NCBI GenBank assembly: GCA_964649825.1
Contig: CAZYQW010000032.1
Span: 7,877-71,876 of the forward strand
DNA length: 64,000 nucleotides
DNA from: an uncultured Phycisphaeraceae bacterium
Lineage (GTDB): Bacteria > Planctomycetota > B15-G4 > JADJEK01
Direction: 5' to 3'
Below the pieces are notes generated by a model, which was given only the letters and a program-made list of their open reading frames with translations, had not been told where the DNA came from and did not search any database. A program made the position numbers and the translations under genes. Shown piece by piece: positions 37,480 to 47,302 of this stretch (positions are counted from its first letter, which is position 1; every line of letters starts with the position of its first letter).

Positions 37480-37960
37480 ACGCGGGAGCGGGGACGAAGA
37501 GTTCTCCAGAGCGATACGCGTGGAAGGGGGACGAACGGCCGCGGGAGCGCGAGCCGCGCGGCTCGAGGACAAGAAAGTCGAGGTTGTTCCACGCGGTGAC
37601 CCCGGCCCGACCACCCCACCCGAAGGCTTCCCCCCCTGACCCCTCCCCCCGTCCCCGTTCCACGCGGTATCACTCTGGAGAGCTCTCCGTCCCCCCTCCC
37701 GCGTACCACGTCGTTCCTCCTGTCCGCGTCGTCAGGAATCGACGCCCAGACTCGTGGCCGTCCCACGCGGCACCGGCTCGACCCACCACCACCGTCGAAT
37801 TCGCGCATCAAGTTCCTCCCCCTTCCCAAGAGCAAGTCCCGTCACCCCCATCACCCATCCTCGCCCGAACACGGCGACCGTCCGTCCCCGTTCCACTCGG
37901 TATCGTCCTCGCTCCCGCGGACGACGACGTTCCGCCTGTCCGCGTCGTCAGGAAGGGCCT
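37480..37960. repeat. Cluster of direct and inverted copies of a GTTCCACGCGGTATC-like box, a 12-bp palindrome GGAGAGCTCTCC, and two ~220-bp degenerate direct repeats. All lie inside a ~950-bp C-rich non-coding region.
   Basis: Direct reading; no plausible ORF on either strand. Confidence 0.5.
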
Positions 37961-38119
37961 GCGTCCGCTGTGGCCACTGGACCACCCGACGTGCTCCTCT
38001 TCATCGAGGGCATCCGCCACGTGGTACTGCCGATCCGACCCACTCCGCCGTTGATGCGCCTCCACCCGGAGAACCCAAGCGGGGGCCACCGACGTCGAGT
38101 TCGCGGAGGCCGCGCTCGA

Positions 38120-39769
38120 TCAGCGCCCGAGTCGGGCCAGGCCGCTCCGCGCGGCCGCGTAGTCGGGGTCGGCCTGCAGCGTGGTCTCGTACCAGCGCCT
38201 CGCCGCGGCCCTTCTTCCCTGACGTTCGGCGGACAGCCCCATGCTGAACGACGCCTCGACGTGGTCGGGCAGCCGGCGGAGGATGCGCGTCCAGTACGAC
38301 TCCGCCTCGGCGTACCGCCCGAGCCGCGCGTGGGCGGCGCCCGCGTCCTGCAGGTACTTCACGTTGTTCGGGTCGAGCTCCACGGCACGCTCGAACGATC
38401 CGATCGACTCATCGACCCGGCCTGCCTCGAGGAGCGCCCGCGCGAGGTTGTAGCGCGCGATCCCGGAGTCGGGCTGGACGCGGGCGCCGTGGGTCCACAG
38501 CGTGAGGTCGTTTCGCCAGACCCGGCACTGGCGCTCGGTCAGGAACGCCAGACCGGACACGACGATCACCGCCGCGACGACGGTCGCGCGCGCGTGAGTC
38601 CGCCGCCCGCGGCGCACCGCTGCGGCGACGAGCATGGCGAACGGGATCGTCGCTACGTACGTGTAGCGGTCCGCGGCGATCTGCGGCCCGGCCTGGGTGA
38701 ACCCGAGCACCGGCGCGACGACGACGACGAACGCAGCCGCCGCGACGGCGGGAACGGTCACGCCGCGCCGCGCGAGCCGCAGCAGCAAGGCGACGCCGAC
38801 GAGGCAAACCGCAATGCTCGCGAGGTAGCGAAGGCGCGTCGGATCGAGCCGCGCTTCGAGCGGGTACAGCGGCGCGAGGTCGAACGGCCACAGCGTCCTT
38901 CCGACGTAGGAGCAGAGACCGTACGCCGCCTGGAAGCAACGGGCCCACGCCGGGTGAACGTCGAGCGACACGGTCGCGCCCGCCGCCCGTTGCGCCGCCG
39001 CGGCGGTGACGACGAACGGCGCCGCGAACAGGAAGAACGGCAGCTTCTCGCGCACGAGGACGAGCGACCGTCGCGTGCCGCGCTCCAGCCGTCGAAGCGG
39101 CTCCACGTCGAGCAAGAGCAGCACGAACGGCAACGTGATCCCCCACGCCTTCGCGAGCAGCGACGCGACGAACGCAATGAGCGTGACGATGAGGAGTCGG
39201 CGGCGGGCGCGACCGGCCGGGAGGTCGACGACGCGCAGCCAGAGGATCACGGTGATCAGCAGAAAGAACGTCGCCAGCCCGTCGCGACGCTCGGTGATCC
39301 ACGCGACCGACTCGACCCGCAGCGGATGGACCGAGAAGAAGAGCGCCGCCGCCGCGGCCGCGATCGCGTCGTCACGTCGATGGCCGGCGCCCGGCGCCGC
39401 GCGGCGCCGCAGGAGGTCCCGCGCGAGCGCGAGGACGAGCAGGGCGTTCGCCACGTGCAAGAGCAGGTTCGTCCGATGGAACTGGCGCGGGTCGTCGCCG
39501 GCGATCGCGTGATCGACCGCGAAAGAGAGCCACGTCAACGGCTGGTAGTGGCCCATGTGGAAGGTCGTGAACATCCACTCGAGCTCGGCCCCGCCGAAGC
39601 CTCGCCAGCGCGACTCGGACGAGCGGAGCGTGGCGTCGTCGTCGAACGAGAGGATCGCTCCGTCCAACGCGGGGCGGAACGCGAGCCAGGTGACCAGACC
39701 GACGACGATCACCGACGCCCACGGTACGTCTCGCCAGCCGCGTGTCGCCTTCGGATCTGTCTCCCGCAT
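38120..39769 (-). CDS. Polytopic membrane protein of the PMT/GT39-like (TMTC-like) family with C-terminal TPR repeats.
   Basis: Internal start MRETDPKATRGWRDVPWASVIVVGLV. ~10 TM segments followed by TPR-like ...ARYNLARALLEAGRVDESIGSFERAVELDPNNV... Confidence 0.75.
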   Translation of the reverse strand: MRETDPKATRGWRDVPWASVIVVGLVTWLAFRPALDGAILSFDDDATLRSSESRWRGFGGAELEWMFTTFHMGHYQPLTWLSFAVDHAIAGDDPRQFHRTNLLLHVANALLVLALARDLLRRRAAPGAGHRRDDAIAAAAAALFFSVHPLRVESVAWITERRDGLATFFLLITVILWLRVVDLPAGRARRRLLIVTLIAFVASLLAKAWGITLPFVLLLLDVEPLRRLERGTRRSLVLVREKLPFFLFAAPFVVTAAAAQRAAGATVSLDVHPAWARCFQAAYGLCSYVGRTLWPFDLAPLYPLEARLDPTRLRYLASIAVCLVGVALLLRLARRGVTVPAVAAAAFVVVVAPVLGFTQAGPQIAADRYTYVATIPFAMLVAAAVRRGRRTHARATVVAAVIVVSGLAFLTERQCRVWRNDLTLWTHGARVQPDSGIARYNLARALLEAGRVDESIGSFERAVELDPNNVKYLQDAGAAHARLGRYAEAESYWTRILRRLPDHVEASFSMGLSAERQGRRAAARRWYETTLQADPDYAAARSGLARLGR

Positions 39770-39947
39770 GCGCCAAGAATAGCCCGCCGCGCCAACGGTG
39801 TGCGTCAGCCCGCGCGCAACCCGTCCTCGCGGAACGAACCACGTCGAGCCGGCTCGAACGACGCGGAGAAAAGTCGTTTTCGTGACAGATCGGCGCCGGT
39901 CACGGCCAACCGATGAGGACGCGTCCCATCTCCCCGGAGAACATCCC

Positions 39948-42419
39948 ATGAAGCCGTGGCTCATCGCCGTCCTTTCCGTCACGTCGACGTTCGCCGCTCC
40001 CCCCACTACCGCCAACACGACGTCGGACGCGACGGCGATGCGTCTGCCGATCCTGTTCGAGGCGAACGTCGGCCAGTTCGGCGCGGAGGTCGACTTCCTC
40101 GCCCGCGGCCGGGAGTACAACCTCTTCCTCTGCGGAACGGAGGCCGTGTACACGTTTCGCGGCGCGCCGCCGCTGCGCATGCGGCTCGCGGGGGCGTCGG
40201 CGAGCGCGCGGGTGACGGGCGGCGACGCCAGCGAGGCACGCGTTCATTCGTTCCACGGCGACGACCCGAACCGCTGGCGCGCCGACGTCCCGACGTTCGG
40301 CCGCGTGGAGTGCCGCGACGCGTACGTCGGGATCGACGTCGTCCATCACGCCCGCGGCGGCGCGGTCGCGTACGACTTCGTGCTCGCGCCGTTCGCGGAC
40401 CCGCGACAGATCATGATCGAGTTCGACGGCGCGCTGGAAGTGCGAATCGATGAGGAGGGGACGCTCCTCCTCCACACCGAGTCCGGCGTCCTCCGGCACG
40501 CGCCGCCCGTCGTCTGCCAGGAGGTGGACGGCGCGCGCCGCCCGGTCGACGGCCAGTTCGTTCTGCTCGACGACGCGCTGATCGGCTTCCGACTCGGAGG
40601 GTACGACCCGCGGGCGCCGCTCGTGATCGATCCGTACGTGTCGTACGCCACGTTCGTCGGCGGCGGCGCGGGTGACGTCGTGAGCGACGTCGCCGCGTCG
40701 CAGGGCTGCGCGCTCGTGACGGGGCGGACGTTCTCCGCCGACTTTCCGACGCTCGCCGCGATCCAGTCCAACCTGCTCGCGCCCGACGACGCGTTCGTTG
40801 CGAAGTTCGACACCAAGGGAAAGCTCGTGTTCGCGACGTTCATCGGCGGCAACGGACACGACAGCGGCAACGGCGTCACCGTCGCTCCCGACGGGACCAT
40901 CTGGATGGTCGGCGAGACCGACTCGGCCACGTTTCCGACGACGGGCAACGCGGCGCAGCCGGCGCACGCCGGGGCGCTGGACGGGTTCTACGCGCACCTG
41001 AGCGCGTCGGGGAGCTCGCTGCTAAGGTCCTCCTACATCGGTGGGAGCGGCAACGACACCGCGACGACGGTGGACGTAAACCAGGGGGGAAACACGTTCA
41101 CCGCCGGCACGACGGACGACGCGGGGAGCTTCCCCATCACCTATTCGCACGCCCTGACGACGACGGATACACTGGACACCTGGGCCGCCGAGATCGACCC
41201 GACGAAGGACGGATCGATCTCGATCGGCTACTCGGTCACCTACGGCGGCAGCGGCGACGACTTCGTGATCGACGGCGCGTGCGGAACGGAGCCATCGAGC
41301 GGCCAGCACGTTCAGGGGATCCTGATCGGCACGAACTCCACCGACTTGCCGGTGACCGCCAACGCACTGAACGCGAGTGCGCTCGGAGGTCGCGACGCCG
41401 CGGTCGCCGTCTTCGACCACACGGGGACACAACTCCGGTACGGCAGCTACCTCGGTGGGAGCGGCGACGAGGCGGCGAGTCCCGAGGGCGGACTCACGTT
41501 CGACGAGAACGGGAACCTCGTCGGCGCGGTCACGACGTCATCGACGGACGCCGCCACCACCGCGTCCGCGGCACAGCCGAGCTACGGCGGCGGCTTCTCG
41601 GACGCGTACTTCTTCGAGCTCGTCCGCGAGGCTTCGTCGAGCCACCTCGCCTACGCGACCTACGTCGGCGGAGACAATGCCGAGCTGGCCGGCGCCGTGC
41701 TCGCGTCGGGCGATCGCCGGGTCGTCGCCGGAGGGACGCGATCGGCGAACTTCCCGGTGGTCGATCCGGTCCAGGCACAGCACAGCGGCAACGGCCAGCA
41801 CGACGTGTTCCTCACGGTCTACGACCTCGGGCTCATCACGTTCTCGACGGTCTGGGGCGGCAACTTCGGACACGACTACGCGAACGGGATCGCGATGACC
41901 GACGACGGCACGATCCTCGCCGGCGGGGTCGCGGAGTCGTCCCAGTTCCCGACGACGCCCGGCGCGTTCGACACGAACGCGGACGGGTTCGTGGACGGCT
42001 TCCTCTTCGCGGTCGACCCGGACGCGACGCTGCCGAGCATCTACGGCGTCGGCCTGGCGGGCACGGGCGGCGCGACACCGAAGTGGATCGACCCGATGCT
42101 CGCGAAGCCAGTCTACAGCGGCGAGAGCGCCGCGTTCGGCCTGGAGAATCTGGCGCCGGGTTCGACCGGATTCTTGATCGCCGGCGTCGACGACGCGTCG
42201 CAGCCGATCGCCGGCGACGCGACGCTCCTCGTTGACGTCACCCAGCTCCACGTCATCGTGACGTTCCCGGTCCTGGTGCCGCAGTTCGCGCTGACCATCC
42301 CGGTGCCGAACCTCTCCGCCGAGGCCGAGGTGTTCGCGCAGGCGCTTTTCGCCGATCCCGGCGCCCCGAAGGGCGTGTCCGCGACGGCCGGGTTCTATAT
42401 GCCGATCCTGTTCAAGTAG
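39948..42419 (+). CDS. Secreted SBBP-repeat beta-propeller protein (DUF7948-like N-terminus followed by SBBP repeats) carrying the shared C-terminal module (...EVFAQALFADPGAPKGVSATAGFYMPILFK).
   Basis: Internal ATG MKPWLIAVLSVTSTFA signal. MRLPILFEANVGQFGAEVDFLARG, then repeated ...YSTFIGGNGHDSGNGVTV..G.IW..G.T.S..FPT... Confidence 0.85.
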   Translation: MKPWLIAVLSVTSTFAAPPTTANTTSDATAMRLPILFEANVGQFGAEVDFLARGREYNLFLCGTEAVYTFRGAPPLRMRLAGASASARVTGGDASEARVHSFHGDDPNRWRADVPTFGRVECRDAYVGIDVVHHARGGAVAYDFVLAPFADPRQIMIEFDGALEVRIDEEGTLLLHTESGVLRHAPPVVCQEVDGARRPVDGQFVLLDDALIGFRLGGYDPRAPLVIDPYVSYATFVGGGAGDVVSDVAASQGCALVTGRTFSADFPTLAAIQSNLLAPDDAFVAKFDTKGKLVFATFIGGNGHDSGNGVTVAPDGTIWMVGETDSATFPTTGNAAQPAHAGALDGFYAHLSASGSSLLRSSYIGGSGNDTATTVDVNQGGNTFTAGTTDDAGSFPITYSHALTTTDTLDTWAAEIDPTKDGSISIGYSVTYGGSGDDFVIDGACGTEPSSGQHVQGILIGTNSTDLPVTANALNASALGGRDAAVAVFDHTGTQLRYGSYLGGSGDEAASPEGGLTFDENGNLVGAVTTSSTDAATTASAAQPSYGGGFSDAYFFELVREASSSHLAYATYVGGDNAELAGAVLASGDRRVVAGGTRSANFPVVDPVQAQHSGNGQHDVFLTVYDLGLITFSTVWGGNFGHDYANGIAMTDDGTILAGGVAESSQFPTTPGAFDTNADGFVDGFLFAVDPDATLPSIYGVGLAGTGGATPKWIDPMLAKPVYSGESAAFGLENLAPGSTGFLIAGVDDASQPIAGDATLLVDVTQLHVIVTFPVLVPQFALTIPVPNLSAEAEVFAQALFADPGAPKGVSATAGFYMPILFK

Positions 42420-42428
42420 GAGGCCGTC

Positions 42429-43511
42429 ATGACCACGTCCGGCTCCCGTCTCCGGGCGAAGGCGTCGCTCGCCGCCGCCGCCGCGATCGTGGCCCTCATG
42501 GCGGGCGGCGCGGCATGGGAGATCGCGCTGCGCGTTCGACACGAAGGCCGAGTCGAGCGCATCACCGGCGTCGTTCCGTGGCGGGTCGCGACGTGGGGTG
42601 GCCTGACGTACCACTGGGACGCGTATCACCCCACGCTCGGCTGGACGAACCAACCCGGGTACCGAAGCGACGCCGAGGTCCCGTTCCACGTCTCGATCAA
42701 CGCGCAAGGGCTCCGCGCGACGCGGGAGTACGCACCGCGTCCCCCGGCGGGCACGCGGCGCGTCGCGGTCTTTGGCGATTCGTTCGTCTTCGGCGAGGAG
42801 GTCGACGACGACGAGACGTTGCCGGCCTGGCTGGAGCGATCTCTCGGAGGCTCGGAGGTGCTGAACTTCGGCGTCCACGGCTACGGACTCGGACAGACCG
42901 CGTTGCGGCTGATCGAGGACGTCCTGACGTTCCGTCCGGACCACGTCGTGCTGGTCGTGCTGCTCCCGCAGGACGTCGCCCGCCTCGCGATCGACCGATT
43001 CGTCCACGCCAAACCGGCGTTCGCCGTGCGCGAAGGACGGCTCGTGATCGAGAACTCACCGGTTCCGACGCAGGACGCGCAGCCGTGGATCCTCCGGCGC
43101 TGCTTCGTCGCCGCGCACCTCTTCGGCCGGCCCGTCGCCTCCGTCCGTCCGACGGACGTCCGCAGCCACGTCGAGGTCGTGCGAGCCGTGCTCGCGCTCG
43201 TCGCGCGACGTTGCGAAGCAGCGGTCTCGACGCTGACCGTCGTACCGTTCGCCGGGCCGGCAGACATCGTCCGGATGGAGTCCGACCCCTCGCTCCGCGC
43301 GACGGTCGACGCGATGCGCCGCGGCTTCGCCGGCGTCGGTGTCGACGTCCTCGACCTGTCCGACGACCTCGCCGCCGTACTGCAGCGTCACCGCGCAACG
43401 TTCGTGGCACCTCGCGGCCACTGGTCGGGCAACGCGAACCGGTGGCTCGCCGCTCGGATCGCCGCCCACCTCGAACACGTTCCGCCGCCCCCCCAGGAGC
43501 GCCCCGGCTGA
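42429..43511 (+). CDS. SGNH/GDSL-hydrolase-family protein with an N-terminal membrane anchor.
   Basis: VAVFGDSFVFG (GDS block) followed by downstream catalytic blocks. AGGAGG RBS. Confidence 0.75.
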   Translation: MTTSGSRLRAKASLAAAAAIVALMAGGAAWEIALRVRHEGRVERITGVVPWRVATWGGLTYHWDAYHPTLGWTNQPGYRSDAEVPFHVSINAQGLRATREYAPRPPAGTRRVAVFGDSFVFGEEVDDDETLPAWLERSLGGSEVLNFGVHGYGLGQTALRLIEDVLTFRPDHVVLVVLLPQDVARLAIDRFVHAKPAFAVREGRLVIENSPVPTQDAQPWILRRCFVAAHLFGRPVASVRPTDVRSHVEVVRAVLALVARRCEAAVSTLTVVPFAGPADIVRMESDPSLRATVDAMRRGFAGVGVDVLDLSDDLAAVLQRHRATFVAPRGHWSGNANRWLAARIAAHLEHVPPPPQERPG

Positions 43512-43657
43512 GCCTCCCGCGCGATCTTCTTGCTGGGCGAAACCATCCCGAACGCCTCCACCGACGCGCTCCTCGTTCCTCCCGGTGTGGTGTCGGGATT
43601 CGAGCCTCGAGGACTTGGAGCTGACCGCCGGGGGCCAGTCGGAAGTCGATGCGCACG

Positions 43658-43759
43658 TCACCGCTTGAGCTCGAGCACCTTGCAGATCTCGTCCTGCCCG
43701 CCGCGGAACCAGGAGAAGCCAAAGCGTCGCCGCAAAATCTCCCCGGCCGAGACTTCCAT
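43658..43759 (-). pseudogene. recQ: 33-codon remnant matching the RecQ-helicase N-terminus (MEVSAGEILRRRFGFSWFRGGQDEICKVLELKR), terminated prematurely.
   Basis: The F-G-F-x-x-F-R-x-x-Q-x-E-I motif-0 of RecQ-family helicases is directly readable. No continuation of the helicase is present. Confidence 0.45.
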
Positions 43760-44155
43760 GGTCGCGTCCGCGGACCGCGTTCTCCCGTCTCGGTCCGGAG
43801 GCCGCCCCGACGCGGCGCATCCCGTCGTTGCCCCGCGAGGAATGCCGGAAGTCCGCCGCGGCCCGCCCGCGCCTTGTTGTCGGCCAGCGCGGACGTGACC
43901 GTAGGGGACAAACAAGCCCCGCGAATCGACCCTCACAAGGGCACGAGACCCACGACTCCTCCTTCTATCCGGCGCCGCCCGCCGAACTTCATCGAGTCAC
44001 GTCGAGCGTGTCGATCGTCCTCCACCGAGCGCATCCAAACCAACAGACAACCGCCCCCACCCCTCGATCCCACGCACCCAACCATCCATCAGAGCGCGAA
44101 GCGCCACATCTTCCACCTCCCCCCGAACGCAGCCCCGCCGCAACCCCCCCGGCAG

Positions 44156-44260
44156 GGCGGAGCGTGTCGATCGTTCTCCGCCGAGCGAGTTGCGCGCCCG
44201 CGAGCGCAGCGAGCGAGCGTGCGTGTCTGAGCGAACGGAGAACGATCGACACGCTCCGCC
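44156..44260. repeat. Perfect 25-bp inverted repeat (ggcggagcgtgtcgatcgttctccg ... cggagaacgatcgacacgctccgcc) flanking a ~55-nt loop. A third partial direct copy of the arm lies at ~44003-44030.
   Basis: Direct reading. Confidence 0.6.
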
Positions 44261-44298
44261 CTCCCGTTACCAGCACCCCGGCCCCTCGAGCGCTCAAG

Positions 44299-44503
44299 CC
44301 CCGCGCAGCGGCAGCGAAGCGCCCCGCCGCGTAGCGGCAGCGAAGCGCCCCGCCGCGTAGCGGCAGCGAAGCGCCCCGCCGCGCAGCGGCGCCCCCAAGC
44401 CCCGCGCAGCGGCGCCCCCAAGCCCCGCGCAGCGGCGCCCCCAAGCCGCGCAGCGGCGCCCCCAAGCCCCGCGCAGCGGCGCCCCCAAGCCCCGCGCAGC
44501 GCC
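44299..44503. repeat. Minisatellite: a 26-bp unit (cggcagcgaagcgccccgccgcgtag) x3 followed by a 23-bp unit (gcgcagcggcgcccccaagcccc) x5, head-to-tail with no spacers.
   Basis: Direct reading. It lies downstream of the 3' end of the NHL-repeat gene. Confidence 0.65.
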
Positions 44504-44513
44504 CCCCGCCATT

Positions 44514-45824
44514 TCAATTCCCGATCACCTCGTGAAGCCCGTTCGACAACGACACCCCCGCGGGCGCGGCTGCGTCATTCCCTGCCGCCTGGAGATAGAC
44601 GCTCACCCCGACGAGGGCCGGGTTGTCCTTCACCGTAAACGGGATCCGCAGCTCTCCGGCCCCGGGCCCGGCACCGGGGAGCGGGAAGGAGATGAGGAGA
44701 AAGGGGAGCGACGGATCGATGAGGAGGGTGCCGCCCAGGAAGGGAAGCGATGCGTCCTTCAGACCGACCAAGAGCGTGCAGAGCGCGCCGCCGAGGAAAT
44801 CCTCGAACTCGAGCGCGATGTCGTGGCCGGGGCAGGGCGAGAAGATCGCCCCGAGTCGCGGCACGATGCCGCCGCTGCCGGCCGTGCCCGCGCCGTACTT
44901 CGTGAACGAGCCCGAGCAGAGCGTCGCGTCCTCGCGGACGCAGATCCCCACGATCTCGCCGTACGTCGGGTTCTTGTAGATCTCGGTCATCGTTCCGAGC
45001 GCGTCGATCCGGACCACGTTCGATGCCTTCGACGTCAGCAGGAGACCGCCGCTGCGAGCGAGCTTCAGGTCGTTCGGCTTCAGGGTCACGAGAGGGTCGC
45101 CGGCGAACACCTCCGCCTCGCCCGTGTCGAGCCGGAACCGGACGACGTTGTTCCCGCCGTACTGGCAGACGAACATGTTGCCGGAGTTGTCGATCGCGAT
45201 CCCGCCGGGCCAAAACAGCAGCGGGTCGTTCGAGAAGAGCGTCGCGTTGTTCTGGGGATCGACCTTGATGATCGTGTTGCCGACGTTGTTCGCGACGTAG
45301 AGGTTTCCGTCCGAGTCGAACGCGATCCCGCCGGGATCCGTGATCAGACCGCCCGAGGTCGAGCGGTCATGCACCAGCGTCTGATTCCCGTTCCAGTCGA
45401 CGAAGACGACCCGGCCCGCGAACAGGTCGGACGCGATCAGACCGGTGCCGTTCGGGTGCGGCGTCGTCGTGAACGGACGCGCCAGGAGCCCGCCCGCGGT
45501 CAGGATGGAGACGTTCCCCTGAGCATCGATCTCGAAGATCGCTCCCCACTCCTTGTCGGGCATGAACATCCGGCCATCGGCACGCCAAAAACCGTAGAAC
45601 GGGACGAGAAGACCCGTCACGAACGGGGTGGCGGCAAGCGTGTCCGCGTCCAGCCGAAGGATCGCGCTCTGGTTCGGGACCGAGAGGTAGTAGTCCCGGT
45701 CGCTCGCGCGCGACCCGGCGGGCGCCACCGCGACGATGGATGCAACGGCGATGGAGATCGAAAATCGGATCACGGTCGGCCTCCCGGTCGGGGATTCGTG
45801 GCGCTTGCGACGGATACGGTACAT
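44514..45824 (-). CDS. Secreted NHL-repeat beta-propeller protein carrying the shared C-terminal module (...VGVSVYLQAAGNDAAAPAGVSLSNGLHEVIGN).
   Basis: Internal ATG MYRIRRKRHESPTGRPTVIRFSISIAVASIVAVAPAGSRA. Repeated G.L..P.G.A.D..GN.YV.. blades. Confidence 0.8.
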   Translation of the reverse strand: MYRIRRKRHESPTGRPTVIRFSISIAVASIVAVAPAGSRASDRDYYLSVPNQSAILRLDADTLAATPFVTGLLVPFYGFWRADGRMFMPDKEWGAIFEIDAQGNVSILTAGGLLARPFTTTPHPNGTGLIASDLFAGRVVFVDWNGNQTLVHDRSTSGGLITDPGGIAFDSDGNLYVANNVGNTIIKVDPQNNATLFSNDPLLFWPGGIAIDNSGNMFVCQYGGNNVVRFRLDTGEAEVFAGDPLVTLKPNDLKLARSGGLLLTSKASNVVRIDALGTMTEIYKNPTYGEIVGICVREDATLCSGSFTKYGAGTAGSGGIVPRLGAIFSPCPGHDIALEFEDFLGGALCTLLVGLKDASLPFLGGTLLIDPSLPFLLISFPLPGAGPGAGELRIPFTVKDNPALVGVSVYLQAAGNDAAAPAGVSLSNGLHEVIGN

Positions 45825-45987
45825 CACCCCAAAGGAACGGGCGACGCGCCGATCGGGGGCCACGCATCGGCAAGCGGGACGCCGGACGGTGCCCACCCGG
45901 CGATCGCCGAATCCAGACCCGGAGGTGGATCCACCGGCGGTCGGGGTCCGGTTCGTTCATGTGGTTCGTTCACGTGGGCCGCGAAGG

Positions 45988-46761
45988 TCACGCGCGCGCC
46001 ACCCGGCCGAAGCGATAGGCGAAGCCGGGCGCCATCGACGCGTCGCCCTCGATTGCTTCGACCGCGACCGCGACGAGGCCGCGCTCGAAGCGGTCGCGAC
46101 ACTGCCGGGCCAGGTCGGCGAGCGCGGCGGCCGCGTTCGCGGCCGTCACCCGGGGCACGACGACGCGATCGACGAGCTCGGCGCGCACGCGCGACGCGGC
46201 GGGCCGCCACGTGACGTGCATGCGATCCGACGGCAGGTCGGTGCCGAGGCGTTTCATGGGGTCGAGCGGGCCCGTCATCGGACCGTAGCAGTCGAGCAGG
46301 TAGCCGTCCCCCACCGCGCCCAGCCGGTCGAGGTTGAACCGCGCGTTCGCCGCCATCAACGGGTCGAACGTCCACGTGATCCGGTCGATGCCGCGCGCGG
46401 TGCAGAATCGCGCCTGGAACCGCTTCAGCGCTTCGCCGACGCCGCTGCCGCGATACGGCCGGCGGACGCCGGTCGTGTGCGAGTGATGAAACGGACCGTT
46501 CTCGTCGAAGCCGGCCAGCCCCCACAACGCGCCGGCGATCGTCCCGTCGATCTCCGCGACGGCACAGAGGCCGCCCGCGAGCAGCGACGCGCGGACGTCC
46601 ACCACGGCCGGAACCGGCGCGCCGAAGACGTCGCGAAAGACGTCGCACACCGGCTCGAGGTCGCGTGCCGACTCCACGGAGCGGATGCGAGGGACGATCA
46701 ACCTTCGTCGACCTCCACCTGGAGTCGGATGCGACGGAGGATCGCGGCGACCTTCTGGCAT
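45988..46761 (-). CDS. GNAT-family N-acetyltransferase-like protein (start uncertain; may overlap clpS).
   Basis: Acetyl-CoA-binding motif RRPYRGSGVGEALKRF. Confidence 0.65.
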   Translation of the reverse strand: MPEGRRDPPSHPTPGGGRRRLIVPRIRSVESARDLEPVCDVFRDVFGAPVPAVVDVRASLLAGGLCAVAEIDGTIAGALWGLAGFDENGPFHHSHTTGVRRPYRGSGVGEALKRFQARFCTARGIDRITWTFDPLMAANARFNLDRLGAVGDGYLLDCYGPMTGPLDPMKRLGTDLPSDRMHVTWRPAASRVRAELVDRVVVPRVTAANAAAALADLARQCRDRFERGLVAVAVEAIEGDASMAPGFAYRFGRVARA

Positions 46762-46976
46762 TCGACGAGGGCGCCCGTGAACGCGACCGCCTTGCCCCGC
46801 GAATGCGCCTCGAGCGTGATCTGATACGCCTGCTCCAGCGCTTTGCCGGTCGCCTTCTGCACCTGCAGCACCACTTCGTCGAAGTCGTGAACGTCATCGT
46901 TGTAGAGCACGACGTTCCACGGACGTTGGGTGACCGCCTTCACCTTCTCCTTCGGCTCGACCTTCGTGGCCATCAT
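46698..46976 (-). CDS. clpS: ATP-dependent Clp protease adaptor ClpS.
   Basis: MMATKVEPKEKVKAVTQRPWNVVLYNDDVHDFDEVVLQVQKATGKALEQAYQITLEAHSRGKAV is the canonical ClpS sequence. Confidence 0.85.
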   Translation of the reverse strand: MMATKVEPKEKVKAVTQRPWNVVLYNDDVHDFDEVVLQVQKATGKALEQAYQITLEAHSRGKAVAFTGALVECQKVAAILRRIRLQVEVDEG

Positions 46977-47302
46977 CCGCTCGTTTGACCATCTTCGAGG
47001 TCCGAGTAGAATACTCGCACTCAAGCTACCGGCGCGGGGCCTGGAATGACGGCTCCCGGGCGACTTACGCGATTTGCCGATTCCCCGCTTCAGCGGGAGA
47101 GTCGTTCTGTCGGATGTACGAATGTTCGATCGGCCTGCGTCCGTGGCTTGCCACCCGGTAGCTCCCTACCACCGGCCTGTCCCGGGGGGCGCGGCTGATC
47201 GACTTTTTCGCTCCCGGTGAACGATAGCATCCCGGTCCCATCTCGCAACTTGCGTTCATCCGAGCCGCCTCGCCCGGCCCGCGGCAATGCTACGATCGAG
47301 CC

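Noticed and set aside
37281-38054. 257-aa plus-strand ORF in the long non-coding region.
   Set aside because: Pro/Arg/Ser-rich with no motifs. The region is C-rich repeat DNA, so an open frame is expected by composition.
38241-39512. Several 70-300-aa ORFs on both strands within 38120-39769.
   Set aside because: The PMT/TPR membrane-protein frame (TM segments followed by TPRs) accounts for the region; the others are Arg-rich alternate frames.
44299-44503. Possible CRISPR array.
   Set aside because: The repeats are strictly head-to-tail with no unique spacers, two unit types, and no cas genes nearby. It is a minisatellite, not CRISPR.
43828-44517. ORFs 43828..44334(+), 43989..44465(-), 44089..44517(-) and 44294..44512(-).
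   Set aside because: These are translations of the tandem repeats (GAPLRGAWGRRCA... repeated peptides) with no gene-like features.
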